NCBI GenBank assembly: GCA_002423325.1
Contig: DIVQ01000208.1
Coordinates: forward strand, 1,983 to 38,038
Origin: Anaerolineales bacterium UBA6128
Lineage (GTDB): Bacteria; Chloroflexota; Anaerolineae; UBA1429
Direction of reading: 5' to 3'
DNA length: 36,056 nucleotides
This document shows positions 1 to 7,163 of the stretch, one piece after another. The notes beneath the pieces are model-generated. The model searched no databases. It was not told the origin of the DNA and saw only the letters and a program-made list of their open reading frames with translations. A program made the position numbers and the translations under genes. The number at the start of each line of letters is the position of its first letter. Within the stretch, counting starts at the first letter, position 1.

Positions 1-210
1 GTGGGTGGCTGCCTGTTCCCCTCGTTCCTGCTTGGCGGCATGCTGGACGTCATCGGGCGCGTCGTGCCGCACCACTGGGCGGTCCAGGGCTTTCTGGACC
101 TGATTGCGCGCGGCCGCGGTCTGGCCGACATTGGCACCACGTTGCTGGTGCTGCTGGGGTTCACAGTGGCCTTTTTCGCCATCGGGCTATGGCGTTTCGA
201 CTTTGACTGA
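1..210 (+). CDS. ABC-2 type transporter permease, C-terminal fragment (5' end outside window)
   Basis: Frame is open from the window edge to TGA at 208-210. The tail (..VVPHHWAVQGFLDL..GLADI..hydrophobic helix..WRF) parallels the C-terminus of the next gene (..FTPHHYAIQGYLTL..GLADV..helix..WRL), so it is a paralogous permease tail. Confidence 0.6.
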   Translation: MGGCLFPSFLLGGMLDVIGRVVPHHWAVQGFLDLIARGRGLADIGTTLLVLLGFTVAFFAIGLWRFDFD

Positions 211-268
211 GTATTCCGCAGGCCCTGTGGATTGACTCGTCGCTGGGCCGACGGGTGAGGAGCTCAAG

Positions 269-1486
269 ATGCGCAACGCGTTTGCTGTGGCCTGGAAAGA
301 GCTGCAACTGCTCTGGCGAGACAAAGGCGAACTGACGGTCCTCTTTTTGATGCCGGTCATGTTCGCGTCGATCATCGGGTCGGCCTTTGGGGGTTCGGGC
401 ACGCCGGGGATCCACGTCTATGTGGTCAACCTGGATGAGGGCGCCTACGGCCGGCAGATCGTTGCCGCGCTGGATGATATCTCGGCGCTGCGCGTGGACA
501 AGCTGGACTCTGAATGGGAGGCCGACGGCCTGGTGGCCGACGGCCGGGCGTTGGCCGCGATCATCATTCCCGAGGGGCTGACCGACGCGGTGGACACGTT
601 CGGCCGCGCCCAGGTGCGCGTGATCGCGGATCCCACGCAGCAACAGTACGCCAGCATCGTGACGGGCGTGGTCAACGACGTGGTGTTGCCGGTCGCGCTG
701 CGCGGCGAAATCAAGTACGGCATCAACGTCGTGTTCAGCGAGTCGCTGTCCTATGCGAACCTGACCGCAGAGCAACGCGCGGGAATGGAGGCGCAGACGC
801 TGGGCGCGGTCATGACGCAGCTCCAGCGCATGTATGAGGCGCCGCTGATCGCGGTCCGTTCGGAGCAACCAGACGGCCTGTCCACGCGCAATTTGGAGAG
901 CGCCGTGGCTTACAGCGTGCCGTCGTACGCGGTGATGTTCACCTTTTTCGTGATGGGCACTGTGGGGTCGGCGCTGCTGCGCGAAAAGGAAGAGGGGACG
1001 TTGCGGCGGCTCCTGGCGTCGCCCATCAGCCGCGGCGCCATCATCGGCGGCAAAATGCTGGCCTTTGCGCTGGTGGTACTGCTGCAGGTGCTGGTCGTGT
1101 TCGGGGTGGGACGCGCCTTTTTCGGGGTACCGTTTGGCAACTCGCCCGCAGGCTTTGTGTTGCTGACGCTGGCGCTGGCGCTGTCGCCTACCTCGCTCGG
1201 TCTGCTGCTGGCGACGCTCTCCAAGACGTCCACGCAGGCGGGGACGACCAGCATGATCGCGGGGATCCTGCTGGGAATCCTGGGCGGCGCGGTCGTCTAC
1301 ACCGGCGGGGGTGGGCCGCTCGAGTCCATCGCCCGCTTTACGCCGCATCACTATGCTATTCAGGGCTACCTGACGCTCAGCAGTTGGGGCGGCGGGCTGG
1401 CCGACGTGCTGCCCAACATCGGTATGCTGGTGGCCTTTGGCGTCGTGCTGTTCGCTCTGGCGGTGTGGCGCTTGCGGTATTTGTAG
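269..1486 (+). CDS. ABC-2 family transporter permease (ABC2_membrane_3-like: N-terminal TM helix, large extracytoplasmic loop, C-terminal helix bundle)
   Basis: ATG at 269 is preceded by GAGGAG. The 405-aa protein has a hydrophobic N-terminal helix, a soluble loop of about 170 aa, then 5-6 hydrophobic helices. The layout and the 'EKEEGTLRRLLASPISR' motif are typical of ABC-2 permeases. Confidence 0.8.
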   Translation: MRNAFAVAWKELQLLWRDKGELTVLFLMPVMFASIIGSAFGGSGTPGIHVYVVNLDEGAYGRQIVAALDDISALRVDKLDSEWEADGLVADGRALAAIIIPEGLTDAVDTFGRAQVRVIADPTQQQYASIVTGVVNDVVLPVALRGEIKYGINVVFSESLSYANLTAEQRAGMEAQTLGAVMTQLQRMYEAPLIAVRSEQPDGLSTRNLESAVAYSVPSYAVMFTFFVMGTVGSALLREKEEGTLRRLLASPISRGAIIGGKMLAFALVVLLQVLVVFGVGRAFFGVPFGNSPAGFVLLTLALALSPTSLGLLLATLSKTSTQAGTTSMIAGILLGILGGAVVYTGGGGPLESIARFTPHHYAIQGYLTLSSWGGGLADVLPNIGMLVAFGVVLFALAVWRLRYL

Positions 1487-1527
1487 ACCAGGGCTAGACT
1501 GGGGGCACCAAACGTAAGGAGTAACAC

Positions 1528-2229
1528 ATGACGCAGCAAGCGCATCAATTGGCTGTACGCATCAGCAGGACGGTCAAGCTCGACTACTGGCTGCACCTGC
1601 CGGATGGCTATGGTGAGGACGCGTCCGTCTCGTGGCCGCTGATCATCTTTTTGCACGGCATGGGCGAGCGCGGCAGCGATCTGACGCTGGTCAAGAAGCA
1701 TGGCATCCCCAAGGTCGCAGAGCAGGGCCCCGATCTGCCCTTTGTGGCGGTCTCGCCGCAATGCCCGCTCGACTCGGTCTGGACCGATCAAATCGACGCC
1801 CTGGACGCGCTGTACCGCAATATCGCCCGGCACTATGCCATCGACCGCGACCGCGTCTACCTGACGGGGCTGAGCATGGGCGGCTATGGCACTTGGCACT
1901 GGGCGACCTTGCGTCCGCGCCGTTTCGCCGCGATCGTGCCCATCTGCGGGGGGGCCATGGCGCCCTACGGCTACCCTGAGCGCGTCGCGGTGCTCAATGA
2001 TGTGCCGGTGTGGGCCTTTCACGGGGCCAGAGACCAGGTTGTGCCGCTGGCCGAGTCGCAAAAGCTGGTCGACGTGCTGGAGCGTGCGGGTGGCAACGTC
2101 CGCCTGACCGTCTACCCCGAGGCGGGCCACGACGCCTGGACCGAGACCTACGCCAATCCAGAGCTCTACGCCTGGCTGCTGGCGCAGTCGCGTGCCGCGC
2201 GTAGCGGCGCTGGCAGGTCGCGCGGGTGA
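1528..2229 (+). CDS. alpha/beta hydrolase, phospholipase/carboxylesterase (PHB-depolymerase-like esterase) family
   Basis: ATG is preceded by TAAGGAG. Contains 'LIIFLHGMGERG' (oxyanion region), the nucleophile elbow 'GLSMGGYG', 'FHGARDQVVP' (Asp) and 'GHDAW' (His), which together make a catalytic-triad layout. Confidence 0.75.
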   Translation: MTQQAHQLAVRISRTVKLDYWLHLPDGYGEDASVSWPLIIFLHGMGERGSDLTLVKKHGIPKVAEQGPDLPFVAVSPQCPLDSVWTDQIDALDALYRNIARHYAIDRDRVYLTGLSMGGYGTWHWATLRPRRFAAIVPICGGAMAPYGYPERVAVLNDVPVWAFHGARDQVVPLAESQKLVDVLERAGGNVRLTVYPEAGHDAWTETYANPELYAWLLAQSRAARSGAGRSRG

Positions 2230-2972
2230 CGGAGGCCTCACTCGTCAACGGGATCGGGCAACTGCGTGAGCGCTCGCTGCACGCAGCACTCTGCGAGTGG
2301 TGCTGCGAACCCGGCGACGCGCGCGAGGTAGAGATCGACGGCTATCGTATCGACGTGCTGCGCGGCGATCTGCTGATCGAAGTACAGACGGGCAACTTTG
2401 GCGCGTTGCGCGCCAAGCTGTCGCGCCTGCTGCAAACCCATCCTGTCCTGCTCGTGCACCCCATTCCGCTGGCCAAGTGGATCGTGCGGCTGCCCGTGGA
2501 TCCTGATGGCGTCTCGGTGCGGCGCAAGTCTCCCCGCCATGGGCGCGTCACCGACCTGTACGACGAACTGGTGCACATTCCCACGCTGACCACCCACCCG
2601 CGTTTGCAGTTGATGGTGGTGTACATCCGCGAAGAAGAGTACTGGAAGGCGGACGGCAAGGGCAGCTGGCGGCGCAAGGGCGTCAGCATCGTGGACCGCC
2701 GGTTGCTCGAGATAGTGGATACACACACCTTTGGCAGCACCGCGGATCACGCCGCGCTGCTGCCCGAGGGGCTGGATGCGTTCACCGCCCGTGACCTCTC
2801 GCAGGCGCTCAAGATTCGGCTGCCGCAGGCGCGCCGCGTGGTCTATTGCCTGCACAAGATGGGGGAGCTGGAGCAAGACGGCAAACGGGGAAGAGAGCGG
2901 GTGTGGCGAAGGGCGGGCACGCACCGCGATGACAGCGGGAGGCCCGCGTCTACAGTTTCCGCACACCCATAG
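2226..2972 (+). CDS. hypothetical protein; putative PD-(D/E)xK-like (E..D..E-x-Q variant) nuclease-fold N-terminal domain plus C-terminal winged-helix-like domain
   Basis: GTG start overlaps the esterase stop (GTGA at 2226-2229). 'YRIDVLRGDLLIEVQTGNF' resembles the D..ExQ core of CoiA-type restriction-endonuclease-fold proteins. The C-terminal 'FTARDLSQALKIRLPQARRVVYCLHKMGELEQDGKRG' looks like a wHTH. The functional call is inference. Confidence 0.5.
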   Translation: MTEASLVNGIGQLRERSLHAALCEWCCEPGDAREVEIDGYRIDVLRGDLLIEVQTGNFGALRAKLSRLLQTHPVLLVHPIPLAKWIVRLPVDPDGVSVRRKSPRHGRVTDLYDELVHIPTLTTHPRLQLMVVYIREEEYWKADGKGSWRRKGVSIVDRRLLEIVDTHTFGSTADHAALLPEGLDAFTARDLSQALKIRLPQARRVVYCLHKMGELEQDGKRGRERVWRRAGTHRDDSGRPASTVSAHP

Positions 2973-3043
2973 TTGGTAGCACATTCTCATTGCCTTCAGT
3001 CGGGGCTGCACGGAATGCGAGCGCCTCAGCCTAGCGTTTCAGT

Positions 3044-3673
3044 TCACTCTTTTTGCCATTTAAATGGCTCGGTATCAGGATAATCTCTCATATACTCGGT
3101 CATCTCCTCTTTGTTGAGTGCATACCATTCGTCGTATGGGTAACGGCGAAAAAACTCGCCTATGCGCTCTCGAAAATGTTCCTCGGCGATAGTGTTCAAT
3201 CGCCCATGTCTGAAAGACCTAAGGCTTTCCAAGTCCTCACGCGGCACACGGAGTGTCGCTGGAAAATCGACTGCCATCTTGTCCGAGAAGCCGATTTGGG
3301 TACTAGGAGGCAGGTAGAACCACTTTTGGTTTATCCGTGCGTGTTGAGTGAGGATATCCTTCCAACTCTTTGCTTTTTTCGTTTCCTTGCTCTTTCCCTC
3401 CACATCACGAAACTCGCGGATCTCGCAGAGCGTGATATCGCGGCTGCGACGAGCATCACAGTCCTGAGTGGCCACGATTGCCGCTACCACACGTACTGGC
3501 ACAATGATGCTAAGTGGGTCGCGCTGCTCTGCCAGGTCCTGCCATTTCGTAACGCGGCTACCTGTTTCGTCTGCGAGGATGACCTCCTGAAGCGAGATGT
3601 CGATTCTGGGTATCCCAAAGAAGATATCCCCTTGGCGGATTGGGTCGTCCAGATCTGGGAAATCGTAGATCAT
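3044..3673 (-). CDS. hypothetical protein (209 aa), third gene of the low-GC operon; no family recognised
   Basis: I chose ATG at 3673 rather than the ORF-track start at 3712. It is preceded by GGGAGGAGGGTGG and overlaps the upstream stop as ATGA. The product has balanced, charged, globular-looking composition (MIYDFPDLDDPIRQGDIFF..ATQDCD..). GC is about 42-50%. Confidence 0.7.
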   Translation of the reverse strand: MIYDFPDLDDPIRQGDIFFGIPRIDISLQEVILADETGSRVTKWQDLAEQRDPLSIIVPVRVVAAIVATQDCDARRSRDITLCEIREFRDVEGKSKETKKAKSWKDILTQHARINQKWFYLPPSTQIGFSDKMAVDFPATLRVPREDLESLRSFRHGRLNTIAEEHFRERIGEFFRRYPYDEWYALNKEEMTEYMRDYPDTEPFKWQKE

Positions 3674-4050
3674 CCACCCTCCTCCCACTGCATGCCGCGT
3701 TTCGCCTCCCATTCGACGATTTCTGCGCGTTCACGTTCTGCGCGCTCTAGAATGGTCCGAGAGAGAAGTAATGCTGCCGCCCACGAGATCGGTCTTCCGG
3801 ACAATCTAGGGCTTACCCACGTAACTACCGATGCATCGCGTCGCCGTCGCTCCCATGACCACAAGTCGGGAATCGCGGTGGCAGGCGATGCGGCAATACC
3901 GAGGACCACTCCTGCAACCAGCACGAATCGAGGAAGTCGCCAGATGGTATCCGGTCTCGTGACATAGCTCTGGCTCCAGAGGCCTGACGCAGATACATCG
4001 GTCTCAGTCGATCCTATCTGGAGGTCCTTAGTTGCAGAACCGCTACTCAC
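3670..4050 (-). CDS. small hypothetical protein (126 aa) with a predicted transmembrane segment; middle gene of the low-GC operon
   Basis: GTG start at 4050 overlaps the upstream TAG stop (4043-4045) by 8 nt, and its stop overlaps the downstream ATG (ATGA). It has a hydrophobic stretch 'LPRFVLVAGVVLGIAASPATAI' and a charged C-terminus 'ERAERERAEIVEWEAKRG'. There is no internal ATG, and coding status is unverified. Confidence 0.45.
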   Translation of the reverse strand: MSSGSATKDLQIGSTETDVSASGLWSQSYVTRPDTIWRLPRFVLVAGVVLGIAASPATAIPDLWSWERRRRDASVVTWVSPRLSGRPISWAAALLLSRTILERAERERAEIVEWEAKRGMQWEEGG

Positions 4051-4822
4051 CAGAGAACCTCCTTTCCAGTTCGCCTTCTATTAGCTTGAAGAACCAGTCG
4101 TCTGTTAGTTCGTGGGCTTGGTCCAACCACTCCGAGAAGCCATCAGGAAGTGCTGGGATGCTACTATGTGTTGCTTGAACTAGTGTTTCCCATATTAGAG
4201 CTTGTTTTTCCTTGTGATTTCCGACGGCGAATCTCAGAGTCATTAGGCCTCCTGGGCTGTCATTCGGAAAGGAGGCTTGCCAGTTAAAAGCCGCAGGGGT
4301 CTGCCCAACTCGCTCGCCGTCGAACAAAGTATCGGGTAATGAGATGTGGGTATTCATTTTGTCCTTAAGGAATTCAAAAACACTCTCCTGACTGAAATCC
4401 ACGTTCACAGCGTCTATGTAGCGCAGTGTTAGCTCTTGGATCATGAGCTGTTCTTTGGCAGGGTGGGCACTGAATAACCAGTCTACAGCTCTCACGCAAC
4501 GTTCCTTGAAGTCGGTCCAGATATACGCATCGGTTTCATTCACAGTCATCAGGCCCGGACCAACCTGGATGAGTGGCCATCCACCGTCTGAAGTGCGGAA
4601 CCGATGCTGTACCATATGAGCTACCATGGCATCGGGGATTTGGGCGGTTGGCAGCGCCTCGTGGAAGGGATATTCGCCCTCCACCCTTTCTGAAAGACGC
4701 CCAAGCAAGAGCCTGTAGTGCGGATCTTCTTGGATGCCTGGCGTCTTTGAGACAGGCAGTTGCCATTTCACCTCCAGAAGGGCCTCAACCAACGGCTTGT
4801 TCTTCAGGTTTTTCTTTTTCAT
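4043..4822 (-). CDS. TIGR04255-family protein (conserved hypothetical, function unknown); first gene of the low-GC operon
   Basis: ATG at 4822 is preceded by AAGAGGT. The N-terminus 'KNKPLVEALLEVKWQLP' matches my recollection of the TIGR04255 N-terminal signature (x-PL-x-E-x-x-x-E-h-x-F/W), and the length of about 260 aa fits. GC is about 45-52%. Confidence 0.65.
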   Translation of the reverse strand: MKKKNLKNKPLVEALLEVKWQLPVSKTPGIQEDPHYRLLLGRLSERVEGEYPFHEALPTAQIPDAMVAHMVQHRFRTSDGGWPLIQVGPGLMTVNETDAYIWTDFKERCVRAVDWLFSAHPAKEQLMIQELTLRYIDAVNVDFSQESVFEFLKDKMNTHISLPDTLFDGERVGQTPAAFNWQASFPNDSPGGLMTLRFAVGNHKEKQALIWETLVQATHSSIPALPDGFSEWLDQAHELTDDWFFKLIEGELERRFSGE

Positions 4823-4967
4823 TTCAACCTCTTATCTTTGCCAAGTTGCCATCCCAACAGCTTGTGCGCACATAGGGAGGCTTCTCCTTTGCATCACCAC
4901 GCGATCCAGCTCGGGCACCGCCTTATTTCGCATATTCGGCCACCGACCGTAGGCGTTGTTGGCTGCT

Positions 4968-4995
4968 ATCATATATCTGTAGCGTACTTCGTCAA
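4968..4995 (-). promoter_or_regulatory. sigma70-type promoter of the low-GC three-gene operon
   Basis: Minus strand reads TTGACG - 16 nt - TATGAT. It lies about 145 nt upstream of the ATG at 4822. Confidence 0.5.
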
Positions 4996-5086
4996 GCCGA
5001 ATTGCCAAAACGTCAACATGGCACGCCGGCGGACAAAATGCCGTGCCGCCAAGCGGCGACTCGCTGGCCTGACTTGTCCACTCCTT

Positions 5087-6040
5087 CTAGTTCACCACGT
5101 TCTGCGGCTTGCCCGCGGCAAAGGCCTTGATGTTGTCGAGGGTCGTCTGCAGCAGGCGGGCGCGCGCCGAGCGCGTGGCCCACGAGATGTGCGGCGTGAT
5201 GTGGCAGTTGTCCAGCGTGTAGAGCGGGTTGTCCAGCGCGGGCGGCTCCACCTCCAGCACGTCCAGACCGGCGCCGGTGATCGTGCCCGCCTTGAGCGCC
5301 TCGTACAGGTCGTGCTCGTTGATCACGGGTCCGCGGCTGGTGTTGATCAGAAAGGCCGTGGGCTTCATCATGCCCAGCAGGCGCGCGCTGACGAGCCCCT
5401 GGGTCTCGGGCGTCAGCGGCGAGTGCAGCGTGACCACGTCGCTCTGGCTGAACAGCGTGTCGATGTCCACAAAGCAGACGTTGTCGTCGTCGCACTCGCG
5501 CACATAGGCGTCGTAGGCCAGGACCTTCATTCCGGAGGCTTTGGCCAGCACGGCCACCTGGCGTCCGATGCGGCCAAAGCCAAAGATGCCCATCGTCAGT
5601 CCCTCTAGCTCAATGAGCGGATAGTCCCAGTAGCAGAAGGACGTGCTGCGGCTCCAGCGGCCGTCGCGCACGGTCTGCGCGTGATGGGCCACATGCTGGG
5701 TGAACTCGAGCAGGTGCGCAAAGACCATCTGCGCCACCGACTGCGTGCCATAGGTGGGCACGTTGGAGACCGGAATGCCGCGCTCGCGGCACGCTGCCAC
5801 GTCCACGATGTTGTAGCCCGTGGCGAGCACGCTGACAAAGCGCAGCGCGGGCAGCTGCTCCAGCGCCTCGCGGGTGACCAGCACCTTGTTGGTGAGGACC
5901 ACGTCAGCCTCTGCGGCCACGCGGACGACATCCTCGTTCGGCGTGTTGTCATAGATGGCGCATTCCCCGAGCGCACGCAGATCATCCCAGCTCAGGTCGC
6001 CGGGATTCAAGGTGTAGCCATCGAGTACGACAATGTTCAT
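5087..6040 (-). CDS. D-isomer-specific 2-hydroxyacid dehydrogenase (glycerate dehydrogenase/hydroxypyruvate reductase-like)
   Basis: ATG is preceded by AAGGAG. Contains the NAD-binding 'GIFGFGRIGRQVA' and the catalytic region 'NTSRGPVINE..' and 'ITPHISWAT'. The N-terminus 'MNIVVLDGYTLNPGDLSW' is typical of HprA-like enzymes. Confidence 0.85.
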   Translation of the reverse strand: MNIVVLDGYTLNPGDLSWDDLRALGECAIYDNTPNEDVVRVAAEADVVLTNKVLVTREALEQLPALRFVSVLATGYNIVDVAACRERGIPVSNVPTYGTQSVAQMVFAHLLEFTQHVAHHAQTVRDGRWSRSTSFCYWDYPLIELEGLTMGIFGFGRIGRQVAVLAKASGMKVLAYDAYVRECDDDNVCFVDIDTLFSQSDVVTLHSPLTPETQGLVSARLLGMMKPTAFLINTSRGPVINEHDLYEALKAGTITGAGLDVLEVEPPALDNPLYTLDNCHITPHISWATRSARARLLQTTLDNIKAFAAGKPQNVVN

Positions 6041-6102
6041 TGGATTCTCCTTTGCGCCGTCGTGCGATAGATCAGCATCTGTGTCTCTCTCAACTGGCCA
6101 CC

Positions 6103-6131
6103 ATTGTAGAGAAGCGGCGCCCTCCTGACAA
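6103..6131 (-). promoter_or_regulatory. promoter of the 2-hydroxyacid dehydrogenase gene
   Basis: Minus strand reads TTGTCA - 17 nt - TACAAT. Confidence 0.5.
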
Positions 6132-6190
6132 CTGGGCGCGACCGGTAACCGACTGCGCTACAGTCGATCGCAGCGGCTGACGCAGCAGAG

Positions 6191-6219
6191 TTGGCCGCGA
6201 GGCACACGTGCGCTATAAT
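6191..6219 (+). promoter_or_regulatory. promoter of the DUF368 gene
   Basis: TTGGCC - 17 nt - TATAAT. Confidence 0.5.
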
Positions 6220-6278
6220 CGCGCTTTGCAGTCTGTGTCGCGCCGCAGCTCGGCGCTCAGTACGTACCGTGAGGGGAT

Positions 6279-7163
6279 ATGATAAAGCTGCTGGTGTTGG
6301 TCCTCAAGGGCATGGCTTACGGACTCACGCACATCGTGCCCGGCCTGGGCGGCGCGCTGGTGATGATTCTGCTCGGCATCTATGGCCAGTTTGTCGATGC
6401 GGTTGGCAACATCCTGATCAGACGCGACAAGTGGAAGGAATACTTGGCCTTTCTGATCCCTCTGGGCATCGGCATGGTCATCGGCATGGTGGGCTTGGCC
6501 AGATTGATCGATGTGCTGGTGGAACGCTGGCCCGCGCCGACCCAGTTCTTCTTCATGGGGCTGGTGCTGGGTACCGTGCCAACCGTGTTTGCGATGGTCA
6601 AGGGACACAAGCCTACCGTCTGGCGCGTGCTGGCGCTCATCGCGGCGCTGGGATTGGTACTGGCTGTGCGTCTGGTCAAGGTGCCGGCGGACGCGGTCGG
6701 CGCCGCGGCCGATTTCGACACGCCCGTTGGCATTGCCTACAACCTGTTGGCCTCTTTCCTGGGGGGCGCTGCCAGCGTGACGCCGGGGCTGGATGGCTCG
6801 TATGTGCTGCTGCTCATGCGCACGTATAACGCCGCTATCGAGGCGGTGGGTGACCTCGTGCACCTGCGCATCAACTGGGGTTTTCTCGTGTCGTTGGCGG
6901 TTGGGGCAGTGGGGGGCATCGTGCTGTTCAGCAAACTGGTGGACACGGCCCTGCGCCGTGCGCCCGGGGTGGCGAGCTATGCCATTCTTGGACTGGTGGT
7001 CGGGGCGTTGTACGGGCTCTGGCCCGATAGTCTGGGCGGGGTCAACGTCGCGGCCTGTGTGCTGGCGTTCGCCGCAGGGGCGGTGGCAGCCTGGCTGCTG
7101 GGTCGCGCCACTCCGCAGGAGCCATCTGCGACGTCGGATGAGGCCGGCGCGCCTACGGCGTAG
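6279..7163 (+). CDS. DUF368 family membrane protein (family linked to undecaprenyl-phosphate translocation)
   Basis: 'GLTHIVPGLGGALVMILLGIY' and a second 'SVTPGLDGSYVLLLM' repeat match the duplicated PG-x-SG/G motif of DUF368. The protein is polytopic and hydrophobic. Confidence 0.75.
   Translation: MIKLLVLVLKGMAYGLTHIVPGLGGALVMILLGIYGQFVDAVGNILIRRDKWKEYLAFLIPLGIGMVIGMVGLARLIDVLVERWPAPTQFFFMGLVLGTVPTVFAMVKGHKPTVWRVLALIAALGLVLAVRLVKVPADAVGAAADFDTPVGIAYNLLASFLGGAASVTPGLDGSYVLLLMRTYNAAIEAVGDLVHLRINWGFLVSLAVGAVGGIVLFSKLVDTALRRAPGVASYAILGLVVGALYGLWPDSLGGVNVAACVLAFAAGAVAAWLLGRATPQEPSATSDEAGAPTA

Noticed and set aside
3053-3967. A 304-aa plus-strand ORF inside the low-GC island, and the 282-aa ORF at 4760-5608(+).
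   Set aside because: They are antisense to the much more protein-like 209-aa gene and to the dehydrogenase gene. Their products are Cys/His/Arg-rich with no SD.
5015-5050. A possible terminator hairpin after the dehydrogenase gene (GGCACG..CGTGCC / GGCGG..CCGCC).
   Set aside because: The stems are only 5-6 bp with large loops and mismatches, and there is no clear T-tract. Read-through from the dehydrogenase gene into the island operon therefore cannot be excluded.
2940-5090. att-like direct repeats, or integrase/tRNA hallmarks of a genomic island, at the low-GC borders.
   Set aside because: Only a trivial partial resemblance (GCACA..CATAG) was seen at the two borders. No integrase, transposase or tRNA gene is present. 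The island call rests on composition alone.
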